A DNA stretch of 64,000 nt, from positions 47,244,001-47,308,000 of the forward strand of contig OX597833.1 in the NCBI GenBank assembly GCA_951406725.2, written 5' to 3'. Of the stretch, positions 1 through 12,424 are shown piece by piece; within the stretch, counting starts at the first letter, position 1; the number at the start of each line of letters is the position of its first letter. Origin of the DNA: Octopus vulgaris (taxonomy: Eukaryota). The position numbers and the translations under genes were made by a program. The notes beneath the pieces were generated by a model. The model was not told the origin of the DNA, did no database searches, and saw only the letters and a program-made list of their open reading frames with translations.

Positions 1-204
<204 letters not shown>

Positions 205-797
205 TATACCATCATCATCATTATCATCATTTAACCTCCATGTTTCATGCTGATATGGGTTGGGCAGTTTGATAGGATCCGGTGTGCCCGAGGACTACAT
301 CATGTTCCAGTGTCTGCTTTGTCATGGTTTATTCCTCTGGATGCCTTGCTGAAGACCAACCGCTTTACAGCATATACTGGATGTTTATTTCATACTGTCA
401 GTGTTACAATGGTCACCAAGTGGCTTGCATAACTACAAACCCCAAAGTGTGTGTGTGTGTGTGTGTATGAGAGAGTGAGGTAACTTAATGGTAGAGGATG
501 AGCAGTAGAGAATTATAAAGTATGAGAGAAAAGGGCCAGCGCAGAGCAAGTTCCTTGCTGGACTATTTGCATTTCAGGAGAGAGGATAGCAACGATCAAA
601 TGCAGGTAGAAAACCATAAAAACAGTGGTGATGAGGAGGGGGTCAAGGTCAACCTTTATCGTATGAGAGGGTTGACGATGGGATAGGCATCTACTTCAAG
701 CATGAAAAAGTGGATGGTAAATAATGATGATGATGATGTTGATGATGATGATGATGATGATGATGATATTGAAGATTATATGTACTTTCAATTTCAG

Positions 798-882
798 ATT
801 TTATTCCAGAACCAATAGTACCATCATTATTAATACAAAGAATAAACAATATTTTAACCAGAAATTCCGACTTATATAATAG
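798..882 (+). CDS. Probable internal coding exon of an unidentified host gene: (D)FIPEPIVPSLLIQRINNILTRNSDLYN(R/S)
   Basis: Acceptor TTTCAATTTCAG ends at 797 and donor AG|GTAAGC starts at 883. The 85 nt are open in one frame with non-repetitive, protein-like composition. Product not recognised. Confidence 0.6.
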
Positions 883-1269
883 GTAAGCCTTTTATTTATT
901 TATTTTAGACTTTTTCTTTTATTTTATTTTCAAAACTTGCTGATTGCATACTAGATGATCTTGTAGTTATTTCAAACATCTTGGTAAACTGAAATGAAAC
1001 AGAAACAAACATACTAATAAAATCAAGGAGCAAGGTCCTTCCCAAGTCATCGGCTCATAAGGCCAATTTCCCCAAATTTTTTGGCATATATGTTACCTTG
1101 CTGTCCTGGATGATGGTCTGTCACAAGATTACTCATTTTCACAATGTGAAATGAAGTGTCTTGCTCAAAAACACAATGCATTGCCCAGTCCAGGAACTGA
1201 AATCACAATTTTACAATCATGAGTGGAATGCTCTAAGCACTGAGCTACATGTATCCATTCATTATAAAA

Positions 1270-1786
1270 TACCTGTTGTGAATTAAGATATGAACCATTT
1301 TGTTGCACAATGCGTTTCCATCTTTCCTTTAACTTGAAAATACCCTCTTCCCATAATTGAGGTGGTTTCATGGCAAAGAATTCATCAAGGTATCTTTTTA
1401 CGTCATCCAAGGAATTGAAATTTTTACCATTAAGACTATTCTGCAGAGACCTGAATAAGTGGAAATCCGAAGGAACAACATCTGGTGAATATGGAGGGTG
1501 ATGTAACACATCCCAGCTGAGCTGCAGCAATTTTTGTCTGGTTCCCAAAGCATCAAGTGCCGAAAATGAACTTTGTCTGATTCCCAAAGCATCAAGTGCC
1601 GAAAATGAACATTTTAAAGGGTTACAGAATTAACCCAGGTTATCGGAACATAAACCTTCTTCCACGAAAACTGTACTCTAAATGGAGGTGTAGTCAAATT
1701 CTATTTTATGAACTCAACCATGTTCTAAAATAAGTCGAAAGGTAAGCTACTATAAATCGGCACGAACTTTCCGGACAGCCTAATAT
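1270..1786 (-). mobile_element. Internally deleted mariner (DD34D) element
   Basis: ORF 1165-1587 contains the mariner C-terminus WDVLHHPPYSPDVVPSDFHLFRSLQN...GIFKLKERW. A TIR TATTAGGCTGTCCGGAAAGTTCGTGCCG lies at about 1758-1786. There is a 30-bp local duplication at 1541/1581. Confidence 0.9.
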
Positions 1787-2274
1787 TTTCCAAAATCATG
1801 AGCGCTGTGCTGTTTTTTTGATTTTTATAAGCATCAACATTTTTAAACAAGCATTTTTGTTGTCACAGACTCAGAGGCCATCTCAAATGAATTGCTAAAA
1901 TGCCACGATCACAGAATCTGAATTTCCAAAAAAAGAAAAATTACTCCATCAGGGAATCATAACAAAAATGTTTTGATGCAACTTCATTTTTTTCAAAAAT
2001 TATCTTTTGTGTTTATGAATTTGTTTTGCAAAATTCCTGATGTGAAACCATGTGTTGAAACAGATATTGTTATATTTTAGGATGGTCATTTGCTTTTTTT
2101 TTAAAGCCAAATAAACACATGCACAGAATGTACTAGGTGGAGCAGGAGGATACACATGAAGTAAAAAGGATCACTGAAGAGGTCACAGATGTGTTACAAA
2201 AGATTTGCAGATGATGGACATAAGATAAAATAAGAATAATAATAAACAAGTGAAGAATGAATATATAATACATG

Positions 2275-2902
2275 TGTAACAGGATCAGGTTCGGGAACAC
2301 TGGAGGGGTCTCCGATCTGATCCCGTCACATACAATTTAAGTAGAATAAACAGAGACAAAGTCAGGCAGGCTACGACAACAGTAAGTGGTGGTTTATTCT
2401 GCGGTTACAGGCAAGAACGAAGGCGGAGAGCTGGCAGAAACTTTAGCACGCCGGGCGATTTGCGTAGCCATATTTCGTCTGCCGTTACGTTGTGAGTTCA
2501 AATTCCGCCGAGATCGACTTTGCCTTTCATCCTTTCGGGGTCGATAAATTAAGCACCAGTTACGCACTGGGGTCGATGTAATCGACTTAATACCTATGCC
2601 TGTCCTTGTTTGTCCCCTCTATGTTTAGCCCCTTGTGGGTAATAAAGAAATAGGTTACAGGCAAGAACTAGTGCACGTGTATCTCTAGTAGGGAAACCGG
2701 CAGCCGATTCCGTAGGACTGGTTGCGATGCTTTCTTGTTGCGGGTCAAGACGATTCGTCGGTTCGCTCCCGTTTCGTTGGGGTGAGGTTCTCTGAGTGTA
2801 GGGTTGTTCCCTGAGAGAAAGTCAAGCCACGTCCGACCGCCAGCGCTGCTCATGCCAGAAAGGCCGATTCAGCAGTCAGGCTTTTAGGTTCCAGTTCCTG
2901 CA
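2275..2902 (-). mobile_element. Probable solo LTR (TG...CA) interrupted by a SINE
   Basis: Ends TGTAACAGGA...TCCTGCA, flanked by CATG on both sides (candidate 4-bp TSD). GC-richer than its flanks, with AATAAA on the minus strand near 2394. Confidence 0.5.
2419..2652 (+). mobile_element. tRNA-derived SINE family A (monomer)
   Basis: A-box TGGCAGAAAC, B-box GAGTTCAAATTC, central GCCTTTCATCCTTTCGGGGTCGATAAA. 16-bp TSD GGTTACAGGCAAGAAC at 2403-2418 and 2653-2668. Confidence 0.9.
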
Positions 2903-3403
2903 CATGTGCATCATGAAGACATCTGGTGGCCAACTGGAAGTAATCCAATTCTGTGCATGTATGCTGAAACTTACACAGTAGCGTCACTACACATGTGTTT
3001 ATTTGGCACAAAAAAAAAAATGTCCACCCTGAAATATAAGAGTACATTTTGTGTTGTTTTATATATATATATATATATATATATTGAAAAATTTTTTTTT
3101 TTATTTTTTCTAGAAAACTTGATGAGACCAATTTCTTGAAATTACGTTCCCGTTGCACCAGTTGTCAGTTTGTGTACAGTAATGGTGAAGAGTTTATATG
3201 CACGTGTTATATCAGCTCTCGTTTGATGTAAACTCCTGTAATGTTGAACCAATAAAACTTTTTTTTTTTACTTTGTGTTTGCGTGTGTGTGTGTGTGTGT
3301 CTGACCATATGTACTTTAAAGTCACTCCCTTAATAAACTGCAGTGAATAAATTAATACACAATGATTACTTTTCTCTTTAATTTTTTATTCTGTTGTTTT
3401 CAG

Positions 3404-3581
3404 CAAGGGTCACATAGACAGCCAAAATAGTAGAACACCAAGCCTGATATCTTCACCATCACCATCATCAACCTCATCGTTGTCATCATCATCATCATCA
3501 TCATTGTTTAATATCTGTTTTCTGTGCTGGCATGAGTTGGACCATTTCACAGAAGCCAAAAAGCTAGAGGGTGGTGCTTAG
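3404..3581 (+). CDS. Possible next or terminal exon of the same host gene (SKGHIDSQNSRTPSLISSPSP...)
   Basis: Strong polypyrimidine tract with TTTTCAG at 3371-3403, phase-compatible with exon 798-882. It runs into a (CAT)n retroelement tail, so its extent is doubtful. Confidence 0.3.
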
Positions 3582-3653
3582 CCCTAATGTTTTACTTTGG
3601 TATGGTTTCTATATCTGGATGCCCTTCCTAATGCAAACCACTTCACAGAGTGT

Positions 3654-4066
3654 ACTCTCTTACTCTTTACTCTTTTACTTGTTTCAGTCATTTGACTGCG
3701 GCCATGCTGGAGCACCGCCTTTAGTCGAGCAACTCAACCCCGGGACTTATTCTTTGTAAGCCCAGTACTTATTCTATCGGTCTCTTTTGCCGAACCGCTA
3801 AGTGACGGGGACATAAACACACCAGCATCGGTTGTCAAGCAAACCCAGGGGGACAAACACAGACACACAAACATACACGCACACACACATATATATATAC
3901 ATATATACGACGGGCTTCTTTCAGTTTCCGTCTACCAAATCCACTCACAAGGCTTTGGTCGGCCCGGGGCTATAGCAGAAGACACTTGCCCAAGGTACCA
4001 CGCAGTGGGACTGAACCCAGAACCATGTGGTTGGTAAGCAAGCTACTTACCACACAGCCACTCCTG
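3654..4066 (-). mobile_element. tRNA-derived SINE family B (CORE-like, OR-type octopus SINE)
   Basis: Head GGAGTGGCTGTGTGGTAAG...GGGTTCAGTCCC, then ACCTTGGGCAAGT, an internal (TA)(TG) microsatellite, and a tail ...GACTGAAACAAGTAAAAGAG. Confidence 0.9.
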
Positions 4067-4399
4067 GGTGTTTTGAGGGTTTTTTTACATAGCTTGTAAG
4101 CCATGAAAGTGGCAGTATTGAGTGGGGTCGCTTTATACCAAGTTATGAGAGACTAAAGTATGATAGAGCGGAGAGACAGAAACAGATATCTTGCAGTGGA
4201 CAAAATACAGGGCTGCCCCTGGTTGGAAAAGGAAAGAAGATGATAAAGAGGTATCAGGATATCCCCTCAAATCACAGGAAGGTGAAACATACAAGAATTT
4301 GTCCAGAGGATTAGAGGGTGAATGGGTTGGTACATGACTACAATCATCAGCAAAAACAGACCTGAACATGGTGCTGTTCATGTTCAAAGGACTAGGGGT

Positions 4400-4926
4400 A
4401 ATATCGAAATCGATCAATGGAAATTACAGATGTGTTACCAGTGCCGGTGGCATGTCGAAACTCTACTTGTGAAGACCTGTTGAGGCAAGTGACGATCAGA
4501 ATTGAAATCGATCAATGGAAATTGCAGATGTGTTACCAGTGCCGGTGGCATGTAAGAGAACCTTCCGTTTCGCGACCGTTGCCAGCGCCGCCCCGACTGG
4601 CCTTGTGCCGGTGGCACGTAAAAAGCACCATCCGTTCGTGTCCATTGCCAGCCTCGCCTGGCCCTCGTGCCGGTGGCACATAAAAAGCACCATCCGTTCG
4701 TGGCCATTTGCCAGCTCTGTCTGGCACCTGTGCGGGTGGCACGTAAAAAGCACCCACTACACTCATGGAGTGGTTGGCGTTAGGAAGGGCATCCAGCCGT
4801 AGAAACACTGCCAGATTTGACTGGGCTTGATGAAGCCTTCTGGCTTCACAGACCCCAATAGAACCGTCCAACCCTTGCTAGCATGGAAAACGGACGCTAA
4901 ACGATGATGATGATGATGATGATGAT
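4400..4926 (+). mobile_element. RTE LINE 3' UTR fragment (family E) with ~62-nt internal repeats and (GAT)n tail
   Basis: Matches 39957-40432, which follows an RTE ORF C-terminus. Ends GGACGCTAAACGATGATGATG. Confidence 0.85.
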
Positions 4927-5381
4927 TCTCAACCAGAAATTGAAACCTCAGTCTGTATATTTCTGCAATTTTTTTATTTTTTCCTTTAATTCTCAGAATT
5001 TGCACTCAGAAATTTATGATAGTCAACTGTCAACTCCTTCACAATCTTGGGTCAAGTTCAGTTCAACTTATATAACCCTCAAAATATCCATTATTTCTGT
5101 GAACCAGTTTAACTACGGAATTGTTATAAATATGAAATACTAAACAGAATTCTTTCTCTTTTACTTTGCACCTGTTGCAGAAACAACACACCTGGTCTCG
5201 GTGATGTCTCTCTCTCTCTCTCTCTACCAACTAGTTGGTCAGCAGGGACAAATCCCTCACAAGCCTTAATATCTATCTTCTGTTCATTTAGTAAATAGTA
5301 AACTGATTACAACAATAATCATAAATTCTTCAACAAAACTTCTACAAGCCCTTATGTATTATCAACTCGAAGGAGTTGTTT

Positions 5382-5815
5382 GGATCTTTTCAGTTTGAAT
5401 GGCAGTTTTTTTCTAGTGATGTCATATGAAATTGTCACCCATAATAATGACCCTAGTATTGATCTATTGCATTTCAATCTATTTTAGGGTTAGGGTTGGT
5501 TAGGGTTAGGGTTAGGGGTGGGGGGAAGGGTATCTTTTTTTCTTCACAAATGTAAATAAACCCAATCTGTTTCTTAAAAGAGGGACATATTCATACGGCA
5601 CAGAATGTTTTTTAACTCAATGGACATCATTGATTGGTTGAAATTGCAGAAATTGAAGAAAAAAAACAACAAATATCTTACAAACTATAGAATTTTCTCA
5701 ATAAAGCCAAGAGGAAAAGATGTTTTATAAACACATTCTACCAGTATACGAAGTTTAAAAGTGTTTAGTTACGTGGAAATTTTGTTAAAAACTGCCGTTC
5801 AAACCGAAAAGATCC
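5382..5815. mobile_element. MITE with ~29-bp TIRs, 8-bp TSD and internal TTAGGG repeats (Merlin-like)
   Basis: TIRs GGATCTTTTCAGTTTGAATGGCAGTTTTT and AAAAACTGCCGTTCAAACCGAAAAGATCC. TSD AGTTGTTT at 5374-5381 and 5816-5823. Confidence 0.85.
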
Positions 5816-6453
5816 AGTTGTTTTATCTCTTAATGGTAAATAAAAGGCACTTTAACTATGATCTATTTCTCCTGTTATTTATTCCATGGACTATGAATTA
5901 ACCAGCATGCAATCTTCCTTCAAATGCAACTGTAATATCCTGATGACACAAATGACACTTATTGCTTCAATTCATCCATCACACCTTGTTTGAAAACTGG
6001 TCTAGGTTGATGACAAATAGAGCATTTAGCCATAGTCAAACCCAGGTAAGCATAAAAAGTAGACATTAAAATGATGATGCTGATGATGATGATGTGTGTA
6101 TGTGCACATGTGAATTTTTACGTTCTGCATCCTCACGTGAAACAGAAAAAAATGGTGACATTATGTTGATGTTTCCTGTCAACAAATCATCCTGTAGCTC
6201 TGTGCTTTCAAAATCCTTTACTTGAAAAGCAGTTAAAGGATTGCTGCAGGAAGAGCCTGGGGCTATAAAGTGATGCTTCAATAAGTATGTTAGCCGTACT
6301 TATTGTATGCTAGCATAGAAAAATGAATGTAAAGCAAGCCACCGAATGAACAAGTAGTGAATGAGAAGCTAAATAATTAATTTACAATGTGTTTATATTC
6401 GAGATTAAAACTGAGATTTTACTCCAAGAGGCTTATATACACTTAAAAGAATG

Positions 6454-6758
6454 TGGAGGCACATGGCCTAGTGGTTAGAGCAGCGGACTTGCGATTGAGG
6501 GATCATGGGTTCGAATCAGACCGGGCGATGTGTGTGTTTATGAGTGAAACACCTATGCTCCACGCGGCTCTGGCAGAAGGTAATGGCGAAACTTCTGCTG
6601 ACTCTTTCGCCACAACTTTCTCTCACTCTTTCCTCCTCCATCTTGCAGCTCACCTGCGACAAACCGGCGTACCGTCCAGGTGGGGAACCTATATGCCAAG
6701 AAACCGGGAAACCAGCCCTTTGAGCCAGGCATGGCTCGAGAAGGAACAAACAACAATG
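6454..6758 (+). mobile_element. tRNA-derived SINE family C, tail type 1
   Basis: TGGCCTAGTGGTTAG A-box and GGTTCGAATC B-box; TSD ACTTAAAAGAATG. Confidence 0.9.
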
Positions 6759-6852
6759 ACTTAAAAGAATGGCTGGAAGAAATTAATGTATTTTCTATGA
6801 GGAATGGTGTATAACAGAATCAAAAGACCAAGTTTTTGGAAACATAGCAGCA

Positions 6853-7200
6853 TTCAAACTCCACCTGTCTAACACCCGTGGACATGTTTACAAAGTCAGA
6901 AAACAGCACAGCTCCCATGACTTTCGGAAACAGTTTTTCACGCTAAGAGTTGCTGAAGTATGGAATAAACTGCCGGCATCAGTTGTTAGTTGTCGGAGCA
7001 CTGCATCCTTCAAAACTTCCATGCTTCCTGAGATTTGCCAACACTACACCTGATTTTCTCCCCTCCATACACACGCAAGCATGTATCTGACTCATACACT
7101 GTTCACTTTCCAGACATTTGTACATTACTGCACATGCTTTATACACACTTTTGACAAGTTGTGGTGCACTTGAGCACTGTATACAATAATTTCTTTATTA
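6853..7200 (+). mobile_element. CR1-clade LINE 3' end
   Basis: 6853-7053 translates FKLHLSNTRGHVYKVRKQHSSHDFRKQFFTLRVAEVWNKLPASVVSCRSTASFK, the typical CR1 TRGH...FF..RV...WN.LP C-terminus, followed by a 3' UTR and (ATT)-like tail. Confidence 0.85.
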
Positions 7201-7535
7201 TATAATAATGAAATAACACTCTTGTATATCAAGATCGGGATAAAAACAAAAGCAAAATATATAAATTTAAATGGTTTTTTACATAAACAACATACAATTT
7301 TTGTTGGTAAGAACAAAGTTTCTAAAAGAGATGGAGAAATTCAAAGGATTGCTTTGGTTCAGTGGCAGAATATCTGTTGAGTTTACTGATGGGGATTCAG
7401 ATGCCATGAGCAGCTCTCAACTTTTTCTATCTGAAAGTTTTTTAATCCCAATATTTAGGTACTGTTATTTATAGCTTTATCTGCTTCAAGTTCGACCACA
7501 AAAAATGAATTAGATATGTTTGCTTTAATGTATCT

Positions 7536-7847
7536 TCATCTTCTCGCCCTTTTCAAGCCTAGCCAGGCTCATGGGCCTAGTTTCCCAGTTTCTGTGGCAT
7601 ATGTATTCCCCCCCAGCTGGACGGGATGCCAGTCCATCGCAGCGTTATTCAAGAAACAGGAAGAAAGAGTGAGAGAAAGTTGTGACGAAAGAGTACAACA
7701 GGGGTCACCACCACCCCCTGCCAGAGCCTCATGGAGCTTTTAGGTGTTTTCACTCAATAAACACACACAACGCCTGGTCTGGGAATCGAAACCGCGATCC
7801 TCCGACCGCGAGTCCGCTGCCCTAACCACTGGACCATTGCGCCCCCA
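7536..7847 (-). mobile_element. SINE family C, tail type 2
   Basis: Same head as 6454 on the minus strand; TSD CTTTAATGTATCT. Confidence 0.9.
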
Positions 7848-8038
7848 CTTTAATGTATCTAGGTTATACATTCATTGCAAGTGTATAGTAGAAATGCTAG
7901 AGCTTCAGACAGCATACCTTTTATGTCCTAAGTTCAAATCCTGCCCGGGTCCACTTTGCTTTCTCATCTTTCTGAGGCCAATACAAGGTTCTTAGCATTA
8001 CTACAGTACAATGACAGAAACAAGTAGAAGGTGAAAAG

Positions 8039-8172
<134 letters not shown>

Positions 8173-8242
8173 CATGCAGATTGTTTTTCTGGTGTTGGTC
8201 AAATGATGCAGACACTTGATGAGACCCTTATAAGAGTCAAAA

Positions 8243-8450
8243 ATATGGTCTTGAGTTCACCATATGGTCTTGGGTTCACCATATGGTCTTGGGTTCACAA
8301 TATGGTCTTGGGTTCACAATATGGTCTTGGGTTCACCATTTGGCCTTGGGTTCACCATGTGGTCTTGGGTTCACCATATGGTCTTGGGTTCACCATATGG
8401 TCTTGGGCTCACCATATGGCCTTGGGTTCACCATGTGGTCTTGGATTCAG
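8243..8450 (+). repeat. 19-bp minisatellite (ATATGGTCTTGGGTTCACC) x ~11 at the head of a degenerate SINE B
   Basis: Period 19 from 8243; continues into a SINE B body at 8451-8770. Confidence 0.9.
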
Positions 8451-9609
8451 TCTCACTGTGCAGCACTGTGGGAAAGTATCTTATACTACAGCCTTGGGTC
8501 AACCAAAAACTTGTGGATGGATTTGGCAGGCAAAAAATAAAAGCTCATTGTATATGTATTTACACATGTGTGTGACTTTGTGCTTATCCCACCACCACCA
8601 CCACTACTTGATGACTGGTGTTGGTTTGTTTACATCCCCATAACTTAGCTGTTTGACAAAAGAATAAGTACCAGGCTTGCAAAAAAATAAAATAGTGGGG
8701 GTCAATTTGTTTGACTAAACCCTTCAAGCGGTGCCCCTGCATGGCTGCAGTTCAGTGACTAAAACAAGGAAAACGAAAGGTAAAAGATAAAGATACATAT
8801 TTATCTAAGGATAAATATCCTTTTTATATATTCTATAAACACAATCAATAAATGATGTCATTCAGATTTTTGACGCTTCTTGACCTTTTCCATGAAAGCC
8901 TGGTATTCTATTATATCAACCAACATGCCATACGTAGAAAAATATAAACAGAAAAAAAAAGTAAAAAAAAATGAATAAAAAAAAAGAAAAGAAAATGTCA
9001 CCATTTCCTAGCATGGAAAGAAGGTGAAAAAAAAATAAGCAGAAGAAGAAAAATGAGAGAAGAAGAAAATAGGGAGAAGGAAAGTCAATTAGAGACACAG
9101 ACAATTGAAAGAGAAGAATGAGAAGAATGAAAAGAAAAGAAAGACAAACATATGTGATGAGAAAAGATAGTGAAAAATAGGTGACGGATTAAGAAAACGC
9201 TGGATGACATTAAAATCAATCAATATTTACTTATAAAACATAACTGCGATAAACTGTGAATTACTTGACTTTTTGTAATCAGATCGTTTCCTTCAATGGC
9301 TTTCGAAAGAAGAAATATGTCACAACTGAAGCATAGTAATCTGTTTGTTGGCAACAGTGTGGCTTCTGAACGTCTCGGTACTCAGCCTGTTCTTGTCCCT
9401 CTTGTCCTATTACCAAACTAGTTTATTAAAACACACACGCACACACATAGTTGCAGGAGCGGCTGGGTGGTAAGTAGCTTGCTTACCAATCACATGGTTC
9501 CGGGTTCAGTCCCACTGCGTGGCGCCTTGGGAAAGTATCTTCTACTATAGCTTCAGGCCGACCAAAGCCTTGTGAGTGGATTTGGCAGACTGAAATTGAA
9601 AGAAGCCTG

Positions 9610-9678
<69 letters not shown>

Positions 9679-9681
<3 letters not shown>

Positions 9682-10285
9682 TTGCGGCCAAAATGTTCAG
9701 AACGGCATTGTTTTCATCAGAAAAGTAAGTATAAGTTTTTATCAAAGTAGTTTTATATTCTATAATTTTCACAGACAATAAATACAATATTAATTGTTAT
9801 TGTCTGAGATTTTGGTGTAATTTGAGAGGATAATACAAAAGTTATGGATGATTTAGTGATTTACTGCAAAACCCATGGCAGCCAAAATGATCAGAACAGT
9901 TGAAAAAATAACAAAATAATCAAAAATGACAGAGAATTATTTAATATTTAGTGTGAAGCCCTTTAGCTTCAATCACACTCTGAGATCTTCGACTGCATGA
10001 GGAAATTAAATTTTCAATTTCTTGCTGGGTGACCTTATTCCATTCTTCCTGAAGGGCATTCCATAATTGCTCAGTTGTTTTAGGATTTCTGGCTTTCGAA
10101 CGTTTTCCTAGAATATTCCATACATTTTCAATAGGATTGAGATCTGGGCTTTGAGCAGGCCAATCCATAACAATAACCTTTTCAGCCTTGAGGAAGTTCA
10201 TGACCACCTTAGCCTTGTGACATGGGGCATTGTCCTGCATGAATATGGGTGGTCGTTTAGTTGAATTTCTCAGCACAGGCAAGAC
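9679..10285 (-). mobile_element. Tc1-like (DD34E) transposon, 3' half
   Basis: ORF 9941-10282 QDNAPCH...WPAQSPDLNPIENVW has exactly 34 residues between D and E. TIR CAGTTGCGGCCAAAATGTTCAGAAC follows TA, with an inner direct repeat GCCAAAATGATCAGAAC at 9881. Inserted in the TA tract of a SINE B. Confidence 0.93.
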
Positions 10286-10295
10286 ATGTATATAT

Positions 10296-10595
10296 GTGGA
10301 GGCGCAATGGCCCAGTGGTTAGGGCAGTGGACTCACGGTCGGAGGATCACAGTTTCGATTCCAAGACTGGCCGTTGTGTGTGTTTATTGAGCAAAAACAC
10401 CTAAAGCTTCACGAGGCTCCAGCAGGGGTAGTGGCAACCCCTGCTGTACTCTTTCGCCGCAACTCTCTCTCACTCTTTCTTCTGTTGGCCTGCTCACTTA
10501 GCCAGCGGGGTGGCATCACTTGAAAGCTAAAACAATGTGAAGTGCATTGTAACCAGCGATGTGTAGCAACGTCTGATAGCCTGGTCGGTCACGTG

Positions 10596-10597
<2 letters not shown>
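10296..10597 (+). mobile_element. SINE family C, tail type 3
   Basis: Head GTGGAGGCGCAATGGCCCAGTGGTTAGG, tail ...CTGGTCGGTCACGTGAT; a second copy lies at 45713-45990. Confidence 0.88.
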
Positions 10598-10637
<40 letters not shown>

Positions 10638-10647
10638 ATGTATATAG

Positions 10648-10678
<31 letters not shown>

Positions 10679-10721
10679 TGTATGTATGTATGTATGTATG
10701 TATATTTGTGTGTTTGTATAA

Positions 10722-11433
10722 CATACATATTTAGAGTAGAAATTTAGCTCTTGGATTAATTTTGTGATCGCAACTGAAAATACAGGTGTTTTTAGATGTG
10801 CTTCATAAGCAGAGTTACGTTCCTTGGCAAAAAAAAAAAAGACAGGGAAAGAAAATGACAATGTCTTGCAATGCCATAAGCAAGATTTCTGACAATGTCT
10901 TGCAATGCCATAAGCAAGATAACTGTCTGTACAAAAGATAATGGTAGGGACCATAGCCTTCTTATGTCCTATTATACAAGGCAATCATAATAGTTAGGTT
11001 GATTTGTTGCATGATTTCTGTATGGGAGAATCAAGTGGAAATTTGTGAGAAATATATATTAAACCAATGAAGCTGGAAGAGGATGTAATTGTAATACTAT
11101 TGACATAAGAGTTTGCATTTAGAGAGAAATAGAGAAATACTGAGCGATTCAAGAGAGTGAATGAGAGAAGTTTTACCCAATATTGAGGTTATGATCTTGG
11201 GAATTTTGCCATATATTTAGCATATTCTTCATGCTTTGAATCAATATACCAATTCAATCAATAAATAGTGTTGTTATGCAGGAGTTTGTGATTATATTTG
11301 TAATATGTTGAAAGCAAGGGATTTAAGGAATGGTTTTACTCTTGCTTTTGGTGGTTAGGATGTGGAAGGATTTCTGTTTTTAAAGATGGTTGGGTGTGAT
11401 TTGGCTGGGATTTAGCAACTATTTCTAGCAGCT
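10722..11433 (+). repeat. Left arm of an old inverted duplication (partner segments at 15571-15604, 16245-16571, 17830-18058, 18487-18550)
   Basis: Manual reverse-complement alignment; the core 11183-11326 vs 16316-16459 has 12 mismatches in 144 nt with no gaps. Confidence 0.85.
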
Positions 11434-11911
11434 CAAGCAACCATCGAAAGGCTTTTTTGTTGGTTTCCTATATACATTTTGTTGAAGTGTATAGATGTGA
11501 TGTCTATAGATATAATATGAAGACATATGACTCAGTGGTTTCAGTGTTGCATGCATGATTATAAGATTGTGGTTTCAATTCTTGGGCCAGGCAGTGCATT
11601 AGGTTCTCAAACAAAATACTTCATTTCATGTAGGTCCAGTCCACTCAGCTGTAAATGAGTTCCAACAACAAATGGGAAGTTAGCCCTTTGACAGACTGAT
11701 ATCTCATTCAGGAGTAGATGTGTTGTAATCTCAGTCACTTATATGGCATAGAAACTGGACTGGGCTCTGATCTGGTGAGCCCAAGGGTTCATGACAGATC
11801 TAATCCCAGCTGGATGTGATGGTTATTTAGAAGAAGCAAAGTGAAGTATATCGCTTGGCATTTTATTGTCTTGGCAAACTCCATAACTATAGAGACAAAA
11901 ATAATGAACTG

Positions 11912-11914
<3 letters not shown>

Positions 11915-11958
<44 letters not shown>

Positions 11959-12270
11959 GTTTAACATCTGTTTTCCATCCTAGCATGGGTTGGACGGTTC
12001 AACTGAGGTCTGGGAAGCCAGGAGGCTGCACCAGGCTCCAGTCTGATCTGGCAGTGTTTCTACAGCTGGATGCCCTTCCTAACACCAACGACTCTGTGAG
12101 TGTAGTGGGTGCTTTTTTATGTGCCATTGGCACAGGGACCAGAGGAGGCTGGCAACAGCCACAATTGGTTGGTGCTTTTTACGTGTCACCAGCATGGAAG
12201 CCAGTCAAGGCAGCACTGGCATCAGCCACGTTCGGATGGTGCTTTTTATGTGCCACTGGCACAGGTATCA
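11915..12270 (-). mobile_element. RTE 3' UTR fragment (family E)
   Basis: (CAT)n tail plus CTACAGCTGGATGCCCTTCCTAA core. Confidence 0.85.
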
Positions 12271-12424
12271 CAAAAAACAAATTCCATTTGATATTTGGGA
12301 AATGTATGGTGTGATAGTTAAATTAATTTAAACCAGGTACATATCTAATTCTCGAGCAAATAAAAATGAGTAATCCTGCAACAGACTGGTGTCTCATCCA
12401 GGGAGGAATATATATATATTTATA

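Noticed and set aside
4539-4755. Regularly spaced repeats suggesting a CRISPR array (also 25391-25702)
   Set aside because: The spacers are homologous to each other, the context is eukaryotic retroelements, and there are no cas genes.
5484-5518. Telomere or chromosome-fusion scar
   Set aside because: Only about five units, enclosed within a TIR/TSD-bounded MITE.
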